NCBI GenBank assembly: GCA_963832745.1
Contig: CAWHVC010000003.1
Span: 1 to 64,000, forward strand
Direction of reading: 5' to 3'
Source: Candidatus Bathyarchaeota archaeon
GTDB taxonomy: Archaea; Thermoproteota; Bathyarchaeia; Bathyarchaeales; Bathycorpusculaceae
Length of the DNA stretch: 64,000 nt
In this document: positions 29,497 to 41,219 of the stretch, in pieces
Numbering within the stretch: the first letter of the stretch is position 1
Layout of the letters: each line of letters starts with the position of its first letter
The notes under the pieces: generated by a model
Database searches by the model: none
Told to the model about the DNA's origin: nothing
The model's input: only the letters and a program-made list of their open reading frames with translations
Program-made: the position numbers and the translations under genes

Positions 29497-30453
29497 GTGA
29501 GTGCAATCCAAGTTTCTAAACCTAATAAACGCTTAATCGATACATGCCCAGAATGTAAAAGTAATAATCTAGTTCACGATCACGACACAGGAGAAACCAT
29601 CTGCGGGGACTGCGGTCTTGTTTTATATGACCAAATGTTAGATAAGGGTCCAGAATGGCGCGCGTTTACGCCACAAGAAAAAACATCAAGAAGCCGAGTT
29701 GGCGCCCCAGCAACGTACGCTATTCATGATAAAGGCTTATCCACAACAATTAGTCAAATCGACAGAGATGCTTTTGGAAGAAAATTGTCTATCACAACTA
29801 GACTGCAAATGTGGCGGCTTAGGAAATGGCAAATACGCAGTCGAGTGCACTCGTCCAGCGACCGCAACCTTTCTCAAGCTATGAGTGAACTTGACCGTTT
29901 AGCAGGTACATTGTTTATCACGGCTCAAATTAAAGAAAAGGCTGCTGTTATTTACCGTAAAGCATTAGACAAAGGATTAGTCCGAGGTAGGTCAATCAAC
30001 GCTATCGCCGCTGCGGCTCTTTACATTGCTTGCCGCACAAGTTCAACCTCACGCACTTTAAATGAAATTGCTGAGGCAAGTCTTGTTGATAAGAAAGATG
30101 TTGCACGATGCTACCGGCGGATGTTGCAAGACCTTGAAGTTAAAATGCCTATTGCTGACCCGTTAACGTATATTTCAAAAATTGCTGAAAAAAACAAGAT
30201 ATCAGGCAAAACACAGGGTGAAGCCATAGCAATACTTAGAGAGGCTAGACAGAAACGTGTTGTTGCGGGGAAAGACCCGATGGGTTTAGCTGCAGCTGCA
30301 CTTTACATAGCTTGTTTGCAGAATAACGAAAGGGTAACTCAAAAAGACATTGCTGAAGCGGCGGGAGTCACCGAAGTTACAGTTAGAAACAGGTATAAGG
30401 CGTTAAAAGAGGAACTGAAAATTTTAGTGCCGGAACGAGTTTGCTGGCCTTAA
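29497..30453 (+). CDS. tfb: Transcription initiation factor IIB
   Basis: Zn ribbon CPEC...CGDCG, GPEWRAF, two cyclin repeats, GVTEVTVRNRYK. Confidence 0.97.
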   Translation: MSAIQVSKPNKRLIDTCPECKSNNLVHDHDTGETICGDCGLVLYDQMLDKGPEWRAFTPQEKTSRSRVGAPATYAIHDKGLSTTISQIDRDAFGRKLSITTRLQMWRLRKWQIRSRVHSSSDRNLSQAMSELDRLAGTLFITAQIKEKAAVIYRKALDKGLVRGRSINAIAAAALYIACRTSSTSRTLNEIAEASLVDKKDVARCYRRMLQDLEVKMPIADPLTYISKIAEKNKISGKTQGEAIAILREARQKRVVAGKDPMGLAAAALYIACLQNNERVTQKDIAEAAGVTEVTVRNRYKALKEELKILVPERVCWP

Positions 30454-30607
30454 CCACTTGGCCTACAACCATCTCCCTGTAAATCCTTAAAAATTAACAG
30501 GTTGACACAAAGGGGAAAATTAAATATCTTATCTATTGTTTTTTCATCTTTTTTAAAATCAGCAGGACTTTCTTCTTACCTATAACCGCAAAACCGTGAA
30601 TTTTCAC

Positions 30608-30645
30608 AAAAATACTGAAAGGGCTCGCCAGGGATGAGCTCCAGT
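30608..30645 (+). repeat. 38-bp hairpin-forming direct repeat, copy 1
   Basis: AAAAATACTGAAAGGGCTCGCCAGGGATGAGCTCCAGT; two mismatches to 33183-33220. Confidence 0.85.
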
Positions 30646-30840
30646 GATGATTGCTTATCACAAAAATAACTTCTGAGTTAGCCAATGCAAATATCCTACA
30701 AGCTGTTACCGCAGAAAAGCGATGTTCCAGCTAAAACAGAAACTGCTGTCTCGACAAATTCCGCCTTGATCCATTGTTTAGCCTTGTCTTTATTAATTAA
30801 GAAGTGGCAGTCTACAGAGAAAATTGAGCTCCAGTCAAGG

Positions 30841-33146
30841 GTGGGTAGCATCGTCGCTTTGATATGTAGAAATCAAGCAGATAAAATAGAATTAGTATTC
30901 ATAACCGTTTTCTCAGTGCTCATCCTCATCATGTTCAGCTCACTTATCTCCATGAACGGCGTACTACTTGGAAATGACCCGGCAGTGCATTTGGAGAAAG
31001 CGAAGATTTTCCTCAACACCGGCGAAATCTCCATAGCGAATTTGAGCTGGACACCTCCGCTATTCCAGATTATTCTTGCGGTGATTATTTCAATTAGCGG
31101 CGCCACAGACATCTCCCAGTACATCCTGCTTCTTCGGGTGTTTACTACTGTGCTTGATTGGCTGCTATTCATGTCAGTGTATCTTTTGGCTCGAAAGTTT
31201 TTCAACCGAAAAGTCGCCATGACCGCGCTTGTTCTGCTTTTAATGTGTTTTCCGATTTATGAGGCTAACCTGTTCGGCGGCTATACAACTGTCCTCGCCT
31301 TAGCTTTTATGGTGTTGGTGCTGCTCTACACGCCGCTCTCGGTGGAGCATAACGGCTACCTTGTGGTCGCGTTCTTCGCTGCCTTCTCACTCGTGCTAGG
31401 TCACCAGGTGGGAACGTTTTTGGCTGCGTTCATTTTTCCGCCGATTTTGCTCTATATGCTTATAAAATCTAGGGGTAAAAACCTCAAAATTGTTTTAGCA
31501 CTTGGCCTTGGGGGTGGGATAGCGTTTTTCCTCTACTACTTCCAAGCCATGTACGCTTACCTCGGCGATGTCATCAAGTACGTGTTCTTCGAAATCAAAA
31601 GCTATGTGTACCAGATTCCAGTAGTCAGCTTCAGCGGCTTAATGACGAATTATGGGTTCATACTTTTTGTGGGCTTAGCCGGGGTTGGGGTGTCTTTTTA
31701 TGTGCTTAGGAAGCAACATAAACCGCTCTACTGGCTCATACTGGTTCTGGCGCTGTTTGTGCCGTTCTTCTTCGCCGAATCCTACCTTGTCGGCTTCTAC
31801 ATGTCGTTTGCATGGTTCATCTACTACGTTACGATGCCACTTGCCATTCTTGCCGCCGTAACCGTGGTGTTTGCCGCTGACAAATCCTATGCTTACTATC
31901 TGCATCATAGGAGAGTATTCAAAAAACTCTGGGTGAAAACCGTCGCAGTAGTTTTGATTGTGGCGGTGGGTGCGGTGGTTGTTTACCGTTCCGATGTAGT
32001 ATACGGTAAAATCATGGAGGCAGGCACCTATTATTCCACGACCGACCTTAAAGCCATGGACGCCGGCTTGTGGCTAAAAGAAAACTACCCAGACAACACA
32101 TCCGTCGTCGTCACGAAGGTTCCGGGCTTCTGGTTCCAAGAGTTCTCCGGCAAAAACGTCACCGCCCAAACTGAGGAAACAGTGCAGTACATGGACGTTG
32201 CGGAAGCAGTCTTGAACTTGGCATATGAGCTTGAGCATCCTCAGACGATGCTAAAGGCTTACCAAGCTAAAGGAGACACACTTGACGAATACTATGTCAC
32301 CATTCACAAAATCTGGATGCGCGCAGCACTCAGTTCATCAAGCGGTGACACCTTCTCCTATACTCTAAACGGCGTCTACCAAGAAGTAGGAATTGACCAG
32401 TTTAACAAAGAAATCGTTTTCCAAAACCAGGCAGACCCAAAAAGCATCACCTTTGTCTTCTCAAACGACGACATAGTCCTCACCAAAACCATCAGTGTCC
32501 AAAACAGCAGTTACCCATTCGACGTATCATGGACAGTTACACCGCTTAGGGGCCAAATAACCAACGCCAGCCTTTACTTGACCACCCATTTTGACTTGCA
32601 ATACACGTTCGACGTTGCAGACATTCCGGGACTTATGAACTGGATCAACCCCTATGATGCACCCGAACACATCAAAACCACAAATCCAAATTGGGCTGCA
32701 GCTTCCTTCAAGGCGCCAATCTCAAAGACAACTACATCGGTCTCTATGACGACACAAACAACGTCGGTTATGCCATGCACTTCAACGATTTGCCCACATG
32801 GGGAAACATCGGTTCACTGCCCAACCGCCAGATCGATGCGGTGCGCTTCGTCTACAACTTTGATAACATCCAAGAGGGCCAAACTGTTGAGCGCTCCTAC
32901 CAGACAGTGACGCTTTCACAGACCAGCTACCCAGCGCTCACGCGGGAGTCGCTACAGGGCTTATTTAGCCAAACCGTGGAGCCATTCAATGTTATACCCA
33001 GAGACTTCCGCAGCTACATAGAACAAGAAAACATCGGCTTCATAGTTTACGACCGAAACGAACTCGACACACAAATAATCAAGAGCAAAATACTACAACT
33101 CATCTACTCAAACGACAGATACGTAATCTTCAAAATAACAAAATAA
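30841..33146 (+). pseudogene. GT-C-type polytopic glycosyltransferase-like membrane protein, frameshifted near 32710
   Basis: GNDPAVH loop after TM1, about 13 TMs and a large extracellular domain; protein-like text switches from ORF 30685-32910 to ORF 32691-33146 at ...WAAASF/QGANLKDNY; start uncertain. Confidence 0.7.
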
Positions 33147-33182
33147 CAGTTTTTTAGTTAATTTAATGAATAGATTTTTTTT

Positions 33183-33220
33183 AAAAATACTGTAAGGGCT
33201 CGCCAGGGATGAGCCCCAGT
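33183..33220 (+). repeat. 38-bp hairpin-forming direct repeat, copy 2 (tRNA-Leu 3' trailer)
   Basis: AAAAATACTGTAAGGGCTCGCCAGGGATGAGCCCCAGT; 11 nt beyond the tRNA CCA. Confidence 0.85.
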
Positions 33221-33231
33221 ATTTTAAGCAG

Positions 33232-33350
33232 TGGTGGCGGGGGTGGGACTTGAACCCACGAAGGCCTGCGCCAGAGGATCTTAAGTCCTCCTCCATATCT
33301 TAGGTGCAATTATCTGGCCACCTATTTAGACCTGGCTCGGATACCCCGCC
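33232..33350 (-). tRNA. tRNA-Leu(TAA) with 31-nt D-arm intron (33295-33325), encoded CCA
   Basis: Acceptor GGCGGGG/CCCCGCC, anticodon arm GAGGA-CTTAAGA-TCCTC, T arm GTGGG-TTCAAGT-CCCAC, long variable arm, BHB-type intron boundaries. Confidence 0.95.
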
Positions 33351-33456
33351 ACCAGCACCCCAATAGTCAACATGGTACACTTTAAGTTTTTTGGGTGCGC
33401 AAGAGAAAAAAGGTGTATTAAAAAACAAAAGGCATTTAATGGCTTAAGAATAGGCT

Positions 33457-33732
33457 TTATTGCGGATTTGTTTTTAGTTTTTCGATTTCCATGTTTAGGT
33501 GGTCAATTACTGCCTGTAGCCTCTTCTTTTTGCGCTCTAAAATTTCAATCATTTCGTCCTTAGTTGGTTTAAACAATGGTTCACCGCAAACAGGGCAACG
33601 CATACCAGACATCATGGCCATTTTCAAGCCCATTCCACCCATCGGACCCATTCCCATGCCCATTCCTGGCATGTGACTATGCATCATACCGTATCCGCCC
33701 CAGCCTGGACCCCACATGTTGTTTTCATGCAA
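33457..33732 (-). CDS. Small Met/Gly/His-rich protein with CPxCG knuckle and C-terminal coiled coil
   Basis: GGAGGTGA SD; GMGMGMGPMGGMG; RCPVCGEP; LERKKKRLQAVIDHLNMEIEKL. Confidence 0.75.
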   Translation of the reverse strand: MHENNMWGPGWGGYGMMHSHMPGMGMGMGPMGGMGLKMAMMSGMRCPVCGEPLFKPTKDEMIEILERKKKRLQAVIDHLNMEIEKLKTNPQ

Positions 33733-34003
33733 AAAAAATTCACCTCCATTTCAGCACAGAGATAAGAAACATCAAAAAATGAGTGACGCGGTCACTTATT
33801 GTTATGTGGCTACTTCTTTGAAGCCACTTTTTTGGTGTTTTTAAGGGCGGATAAAATTTGCTTAGGAGGTAGGTGCTAATGACGGAAAAACATTTCATTA
33901 GTATGTTGAATTTAAAGTGGAGCCTTTGTTGTTTAAGCGGGTGTGCTGAGAATGTTTTTTTATTAGGTTGGACGAATATAGGTTCCATTAGGTGAAACTT
34001 GCA

Positions 34004-34945
34004 ATGGGTAAAGGTTCAGGTTACGGTAAAGTAATCCTATTCGGCGAACACTTCGTAGTTCACGGAGTGCCCGGAATAGTTTCAGCAATAGACTCATCCA
34101 CAGACGCCACAGTAACAAAAGCCAAAAGTGGTCTTAACGTTAGGGATGAACGTAAAACCGCAAAAGGCTACAGCGAAGAAAAGCGGCTCCAGCAACTCGA
34201 ATCTATCGAACGCATGCTAAAAGCCATGGGCTTAGACCCAAAAACGCCACTTGACATCTGGATAGGCGGAAGCCTTCCCGGCTTCAGCGGCTTAGGCGCG
34301 TCGGCAGCAAGCAGTGTAGCAATCGCAAGAGCAATCTCTGAGGAACTCAACCTCAACTTATCAAACGAAAAAATTAACCAAATCGCCTACGAAGCAGAAA
34401 TTGCTTATGCAGGCAACCCCAGCGGCATCGACAACACCGCCGCAACCTACGGTGGCTTAATGTGGTTTAAGAAAAACCCAGCGGGCGGACAAGACTACGT
34501 TGAAAAAATTCATATCCGCAAGCCAGTTGAAATCGTGATTGGCAGCACAGGCAAAGTCGCCAACACCAAAGCTATGGTTGAAGGCGTAGCAGAACGCAAA
34601 AAGAGAGACCCCGCCAAATATGACCCGCTCTTCAAGCAAGCGGAAAACCTTGCAGTTGTCGGACGCAAAGCCTTGGAAGCAGGAGACCTTAAAAAAGTCG
34701 GTGACCTCATGAACGAAAATCACCGTATCTTGCAAGAAATCGGCGTATCCAGCAAAGAACTCGACCAACTTGTTGACATAGCACGCAAACAGGGCGCGTT
34801 TGGCGCAAAATTGACAGGCGGCGGTGGTGGAGGATGCATGGTTGCATTGACGCCGGGCAAAGAAGTTCAAGGCAAAGTGGTTGGCGCCTTTAAGGGTGCT
34901 GGTTTTGAATATTTGATGACCAGAATAGGCGTCGTAACATACTAA
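34004..34945 (+). CDS. mvk: Mevalonate kinase
   Basis: GKVILFGEHFVVHG, GLGASAA, GNPSGIDN, GAKLTGGGGGG. Confidence 0.95.
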   Translation: MGKGSGYGKVILFGEHFVVHGVPGIVSAIDSSTDATVTKAKSGLNVRDERKTAKGYSEEKRLQQLESIERMLKAMGLDPKTPLDIWIGGSLPGFSGLGASAASSVAIARAISEELNLNLSNEKINQIAYEAEIAYAGNPSGIDNTAATYGGLMWFKKNPAGGQDYVEKIHIRKPVEIVIGSTGKVANTKAMVEGVAERKKRDPAKYDPLFKQAENLAVVGRKALEAGDLKKVGDLMNENHRILQEIGVSSKELDQLVDIARKQGAFGAKLTGGGGGGCMVALTPGKEVQGKVVGAFKGAGFEYLMTRIGVVTY

Positions 34946-35103
34946 ACAATGTATACTGGGCTTTTTAGCCCGTATTTGATTTTTTCGTACTTTGATTTCA
35001 ATGCAATCGGTAACTGGTGAACATCAGGGAAAAGTTTGAAAGTGATGATCTAAGGCTCAACGTATAGCATGAATTATGATTCATATCTATGATTACGATT
35101 CAC

Positions 35104-35127
35104 GGGTTCGAATCCCAGCGGTCCCAC
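35104..35127 (+). repeat. tRNA 3'-end fragment (att-like) copy 1
   Basis: GGGTTCGAATCCCAGCGGTCCCAC: T arm plus acceptor 3' strand, no 5' half upstream. Confidence 0.75.
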
Positions 35128-35257
35128 AATCCCTGACTCGAAAAGGGTACTGAATTTTTCTCTTTTTCACCTATACTTTTTTGGGTTAAGTGCCATCAGG
35201 TGTTTATTGCAATTATTTGAGATTAAGAGCCTTTAAAGTGTAAAACGTGTTTGTGGC

Positions 35258-36112
35258 TCATGGTTTTGTATGTTGGTTGAGTGTCATGTCCATACTTAGG
35301 TTCATCGTATAGTTTAGCGCTTGGTAAGTTGATGATTGATAACTTACTGTTTCCTGCATTGTTGATTTAATTTGCCGCATTGTTCCATACTCAATGAAAA
35401 CTGTATAGTTCATCTCTGTGCTTCCAGACATGTTAACGCTGGGAACCTCCAGGTGCATGTTGCCAGTAGTGATGCTTACCTTGACTACTTTGTATGTGCC
35501 GGCAGGCACCGTTAGTTCTTCAATACCTTCAAAAGTAATCGTTAAGTTGTCTTTTATGCCTATACTAGAAAGCGCGCTTGGATAGGGTACGGTAATGGAA
35601 TCGCCAACTTTAACTTCGGACTTATTCAATAATTGAGTAAGGTAAGAATCTCCGGAAATGCCTGTGCTAGTAAAGGATGCCTGCGATGAGTCTCCAAGGT
35701 TTAGCATAAAGGTTGAGTAACCAGTTTTATTCATTGTTTCAAGCACTGAAAAGTTAAGTGGCTTCCCCAAAATATCCATTGTAGTAGTATGATTCAATGT
35801 ATAGAACGCGCCATCAAAATCAACAACTTCAACAGTCTGTGTTGAATCCATTGTCATATTGCTAATTGCACCCAGACCAGTGCCAGTTATTACTGTGTTA
35901 TACACCATTCTTTCGCCAACTTGAAAGTCTGCGGTGAGCGGTATTGCCGCTGCACCTTGAGGAAACAAAAGGGCCACAGCAACTATCACAACAACTATTA
36001 CAGCAAGTAAAGCGTAAAGCTTCTTGCCAAACCATTTAAAACCTGCAGAATTTGGCGCTTAATTATCTGTTGAAGGATTCCCTGAAGAAGTAGTGTAGAT
36101 TCTGTTTAGCAT
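35258..36112 (-). pseudogene. Membrane-anchored exported beta protein with premature TAA at codon 18
   Basis: ATG 36112, in-frame TAA 36061-36059, then KKLYALLAVIVVV TM; EELTVPAGTY motif; may instead start downstream of the stop. Confidence 0.6.
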
Positions 36113-36208
36113 GCTTGTTTCGCCAACCTACAGCTTATGCAAGCAGTATTAATTTCTACACTTTAGGACATCCAATCTTAAGGAAAGAGCCATGAGCTTC
36201 CAATAACA

Positions 36209-37399
36209 TTACAGCGAAATTGCCTTTTTCTTTCTTAAGTAAACCAAAGCCAGAAATATCATCACTACCACGATTGCAGCTAAACTGCCCACAATGATTC
36301 CATCGAAAACGATCGAGTCACTGCCTGCATCATCAATGTTATTAGATTTGTCAGTAGTATCTATGTCAAAATCATTGCTGACTATAAAAATGTCGTCATT
36401 AGATTCAAAGATAATTTTGTTCCCGCTGTTACTGATAGATGGATATTGGTCTTTCACAGTATTACTTGTTAACTGTGTTAATCCTGTTCCGTCTGAATTG
36501 ACAACGAAAATTTCTGTGAAACTATCAAAGCCTTGTTGAAAAACTACTTTTGTGCCGTCACCGCTGATACGGGAATATGAGTCGCCTAGGTCGTTATTTG
36601 TCAGCTGGATTAATCCGGAACCATCACTGTTTACGATGAATATTTCAGTAGCGTTTTCATCAAGCATTGTTGAGCTTTGTGTAAATGCCACTTTGCCACC
36701 ATCTCCACTGATTGATGGCCAACTGCTTTTGCTGTTATCAGCATTATATGTTAACTGTGTTAACCCTGAACCGTCAGAGTTAACAACAGAAATGTTAGCC
36801 ATTCTGCTGATTCCATCCGGAAACGCAATTTTGCTTCCAGCATAATCTATAGTGGGATTAGTTACAAAAGGAACGTAATCTCCTTTGTTGGCAGTTAGTT
36901 GCTTTAATCCGGACCCATCAGAATTTACCACATAAAGCAATACGTTATTACCCGTTTTGCGAGTGAATGCAATTTTGTTTCCATCCCCACTAATGGCTAA
37001 CTGTGCATCATCGTAGGAACCATCGGTTAACTCCCTGAAACCGGACCCATCAGCGTTAATAATGCATATTTGACGTTGACCAAAAATCCCATGTCTAAAC
37101 GCAACTCTGCTACCATCACTACTAAGAAAGGGTGCTCTGTCATCAACAGAGTTATCTGTTAACTGCGTTAATCCCGTGCCATCAGAGTTAATAACAAAAA
37201 TTTCCCAATCATCACCGTCATTACGGGCGAATGCTACTTTGCTACCATCACCACTAATGGTAGAATCTGCTTCTTTGTCAGGGCTTTGAGTCAAATTCAT
37301 AGGCATTTCCCAAGAAATACCGTTGACATTGAGTACAAAAGAAAAATGAACGCTTAGAAATAATACAAGCACGACAACAAAAATTGTCTTTCTTTTCAT
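36209..37399 (-). CDS. TolB-like beta-propeller surface protein
   Basis: Repeats SISGDGxKVAF...EIFVVNSDGSGLTQLT; signal peptide; C-terminal TM + RKKK. Confidence 0.9.
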   Translation of the reverse strand: MKRKTIFVVVLVLFLSVHFSFVLNVNGISWEMPMNLTQSPDKEADSTISGDGSKVAFARNDGDDWEIFVINSDGTGLTQLTDNSVDDRAPFLSSDGSRVAFRHGIFGQRQICIINADGSGFRELTDGSYDDAQLAISGDGNKIAFTRKTGNNVLLYVVNSDGSGLKQLTANKGDYVPFVTNPTIDYAGSKIAFPDGISRMANISVVNSDGSGLTQLTYNADNSKSSWPSISGDGGKVAFTQSSTMLDENATEIFIVNSDGSGLIQLTNNDLGDSYSRISGDGTKVVFQQGFDSFTEIFVVNSDGTGLTQLTSNTVKDQYPSISNSGNKIIFESNDDIFIVSNDFDIDTTDKSNNIDDAGSDSIVFDGIIVGSLAAIVVVMIFLALVYLRKKKAISL

Positions 37400-37710
37400 A
37401 AAAATACGCCTCTTACAGTTTCTTCAAAAAATTGAGTTAAGGCAATCAAAAAAGACTTGGATAAACTGCTTAGACATGCAGTATCTAAAACTGGTTCAGC
37501 TATTAGGTCATCGCTGCCAAAGTACTCTCGGATTTTACTCCGCGAAACACAGCCATACATAAGCATATTCCCTCGATTGCCACTATTAACTATTGAAAAA
37601 ATATTTATTTCTATACAATAGTACACATGTTTTATTGTTTAAACTAAGTAAAAAAAGACCACAAACTATAACTCAATAAACATAAAAACAAAAACTTTTT
37701 ACGGCTTTAT

Positions 37711-38616
37711 ATGAATAAGCTTTGTGGTCGTTTATTTGCAATCTCTTCAGTATTTCGGCGTATACCTTATCCAGTAGGAAGACTACGGATTTTTAGCGCG
37801 ATATTTTTAGCGATTTTTTCAGGAATTGCACTTTTTTTAGGTTCCACAAATCTTGAATGGTTCACTCCAATGCGTTTAACATATCTTTTTTACGGAATTA
37901 TTATAGGTATTTTTTTAGGCTTATTCGAAACTAAACTGGTACTGTCTAAGTTATCAAAAAATAGTGAAACCCTAATTTGGCAAGTTTGGATAGCCAATAT
38001 TGTTTTGTTTGGACTACTCTTGATAGTGTTAATACAGATCTTTGGAAATTCAGAGTTTTGGCCATTCATCACCTACGTTTTTCCACTTATTCCAGCTTTC
38101 CTTGCCGTAAGTGGCTGGTATTTCAGCAAGTTTGAGACCATAAACAAAGTAAACGTCTTTGTGTTTTATTTTGGTTTTAAATATTGGAAATTTCCAAGTC
38201 CTGATATTGATGAACGATTTCAGCGCTTTTTGGAAGATGTTGCTTCAAAGGACATTACGCAATTCTGGGGACAAATAGGTTCATCTTTGGGCTATGTCGG
38301 ATACACAAAAATATTTGAAAAAATACTGATGGAAAAGAAAGACATGGATAATGCAAAAAAAATAAAGCTAAATAGAATCATAAAGGCGATGAATACTTTT
38401 AGAATAGCAGCAATAGTTTGTCTTTTGATAATGCTTATTTCTGCTTTTACCATAATTATACTGCTTTTGGGAGTGTCCTCAGGTTATTTCCAATTTAAAT
38501 TTAATATAGTGCAATTTATAGGTCCCGCTTCAGGAGTAATATTGTTCGGATTTTTTACCAGTTACTTTATTCTTATGTATACCTTTCAGAGAAAAATGTC
38601 TAAATTGTTCCAATAA
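37711..38616 (+). CDS. AT-rich polytopic membrane protein
   Basis: About 6 TM segments; no recognisable motif. Confidence 0.65.
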   Translation: MNKLCGRLFAISSVFRRIPYPVGRLRIFSAIFLAIFSGIALFLGSTNLEWFTPMRLTYLFYGIIIGIFLGLFETKLVLSKLSKNSETLIWQVWIANIVLFGLLLIVLIQIFGNSEFWPFITYVFPLIPAFLAVSGWYFSKFETINKVNVFVFYFGFKYWKFPSPDIDERFQRFLEDVASKDITQFWGQIGSSLGYVGYTKIFEKILMEKKDMDNAKKIKLNRIIKAMNTFRIAAIVCLLIMLISAFTIIILLLGVSSGYFQFKFNIVQFIGPASGVILFGFFTSYFILMYTFQRKMSKLFQ

Positions 38617-38677
38617 TAAAAAAATAAGTGCATAATTTAAAATAAAAAAAAGGTTGATTGTTTTTTGCTTTTACTGC

Positions 38678-41158
38678 TTATTTCTTGCGAAGTACTATCA
38701 GGCCGACGATTGCTACTGCAATGATGATTGCAATAACGCCGAGAATGATGGTTGTTGATACGTTGCTGGTGATTGAGTCAAAGTTGACTGGTGTTGCTGT
38801 TGCGGTGGTTGCGGCTGGTATTACTGTCAGTTTCGTTACTGAGCTAGATGGCCAGTATGAATTGGTTCCTGCAAAGGTAGCTTTGATTGTATACACACCG
38901 GTAGTTTCTGGAACAAAGCTAAAGCCGTATGTGCCTGATGAATCTGTTGTGGTTGTGCCAATATTGACTGTATTGCCGTTAGGGTCAACCGCTGTCAAGG
39001 TCACTGTAACACCTTCAGGTTGTGGCGGGTTGTTTAGCAGTGTTGAGTTTTGCATATGTTTATAGTCCATCCATTCGCTCATTGAGGAATCAGAAACTGC
39101 TGAAACACCTGGTTTCGCTGGAGATTGATCCAATACATTGCCTTTTATGAGAACTGTTGCATGATTGGCTACGACATCATTTTGTATGGTTACTGAAGTT
39201 GAAGTCTCGCCCTTGCCTATGCAGTAGAGTTTTCCGTCGTACGCGCTTAAGCCTATGATGTAACCGTTTGCTGCAGCCCATGGAACAACTCCACCATTTA
39301 AAGTCTAAGTAGTATCTCCTGTAGTAGCATTTGTGCATACTAGCATTCCTTGTCTAGGAATAGGGTTGATTTGATATGCAACAGAGTAGCCCCCGTAGGT
39401 ATAGATATTGCCGCCTTCCATGACCATGCCAATCCAGTAGGGCACTACATTATTGGTATATTCAGTAGAAGCAAAAGCTGTGCTTTCCCAAACTAAGTCG
39501 CCTGTCTGCAAACTCAAAGCGCGAATTGAGCCATCAGGGAACATAAGATATAAGTTGTTTTCGTCATTTGTCCAAGAGTTATAAACTGTGTATTGTGAAG
39601 TCCATGGAGAATCTGCAAAACTTTCACTTGTCCATAATTCAGCGCCAGTAAGCATTGAATAGCAATGGAATGTTGCATCAACAGGATTAAAGGTGACAAA
39701 GCCGTTTATGTTTGAGCGATATAAAGCAAATGCCTCGCCGACTGAATAGGGTATGGTAAGGTTCCATAGCGATGTGCCATCTTTTGCGCTGAAGCCCCAG
39801 TATTGATTGGCGGCGTCATCTTTATTGGCTAACACTATTGTAGATAGATCTGCTGATATTCCAAGAAGAGATGCTGAAGGCTCAAAGAGTGGGCTTGTCC
39901 ATGTAATTCCTGTAGGCCAATTTTCGTCGACTACTTGCGACATGTCCCAAGCAAACAAGTTGTCACCTTCTATTCCATATGCAAAATTGGTGCCATCAAC
40001 TAGTCTATAGATAGATGCAGAGGCATTATCGATGGAGCGCATTAGTGTTCCAGTCAAGGGGTCATAGAAGTTCCATGTAGGGCCAGAAAAGAACCACCAT
40101 ACAGGGCTAGAGGTTCCAAACAGGTAAGGTGTTGAATAGGCTCCATAAGAATTGGCGAGAACTACGGAAGGATCAAGAAAGCTAAGGGCATATGCGTCTC
40201 CAGGTAAGCGTAGGCCAGCTTGGATCGAGCCATCGGCTGTATACAATACTTGTCCTGTTGTTAAATCGATGCATTCAAACTTGCCAGCATTGGGTATATT
40301 TACGAATACTTTGCCATCCATAACTACAGCGCCTTGACCAGCATAATTAGGAGATCCATAACTTCTGCTGCCATAATCTCCGCCAACTATGCCGCCTGTG
40401 TTAAGCGGTTGGCTCCAGACTACATGCCCAGTGTTGGGTCCTGAACCATATGGCTGCCACAAATTACAACCAACACCACTAATAACAGTAGATTTAACTA
40501 AACCATATTGCAGCCAGTCGCCTGAGATTTGGCTCCATTCTCTGTTGTTACTGTTTATGGGGTAGCTCCAGTAAGTATTATCGTTTGGTAGTTGTGCCCA
40601 TGGATAACCGTTGAGAAGACCTGCGTTTACTGGGTCAGTCTGTACTGTAAAAGAGGCTGTATTACTAGTGCACGCGGTATATTGTATAGTTCCAGTGTCG
40701 TCAGTTATGTTCTGTGCAGGCATTGTGAAGGATACGCTCCAGTTACCCGCCATATCAGGCTTATAAAAGAAGAAAATGCTGCCAATTGACTCTGTTTGTC
40801 CAGGTGCAAGTGTGCCTGTCCCATCTACGGGCATAAAGGTATCCTTAGATCCATCAGGTTTTACGAAGGTTACAGTGACTCCATTATAGCCTTGGTAATA
40901 TGTGTCTTGAGCATAGTTTTTAGGTCCCGGAAAAACCCAAAGATTCACTGTCGCTTGCTGACCAACCCCAATAAGTGTTGGTGCAATACTGGCAAAACCT
41001 GCAGTTTTAACCGGCTGAGGAATAACTTCTTGAGCCGAACTTGGTTGAGCAAAAGTCATCATCATTGTCATAGCTAACATCAGAATCAACGAAACCGAGA
41101 AGACTGCCTTTGTATTTCCACTTAATTTATCGCTTAAAATTCTTAAATTTCTAGTCAT
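38678..41158 (-). pseudogene. PQQ-like beta-propeller surface protein interrupted by one in-frame TAG (39307-39305)
   Basis: ORFs 39305-41176 and 38678-39133 share a frame; the gap reads TTGDTT*TLNGG...YDGKLYCIGKG; the stop sits where other blades have Trp. Confidence 0.85.
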
Positions 41159-41219
41159 TTTTGTTTTCCTTTTCAAATTTTATGTCGTTACCTGTATGGC
41201 TAAAATGATAAAATCATAA

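Noticed and set aside
30644-30676. Box C/D sRNA (GTGATGA...CTGA)
   Set aside because: Too short for two guides, no D'/C' pair or terminal stem.
32700-32720. Programmed frameshift in the glycosyltransferase-like gene
   Set aside because: No slippery heptamer or homopolymer at the junction; a single-base loss by mutation or sequencing error is simpler.
37396-37626. 76-aa ORF upstream of the TolB-like gene
   Set aside because: No motif or SD; likely promoter/UTR sequence.
39305-39307. Pyrrolysine read-through of the in-frame TAG
   Set aside because: The position corresponds to a blade Trp (single TGG>TAG change), no pyl genes are in the window and nearby genes are also decaying.
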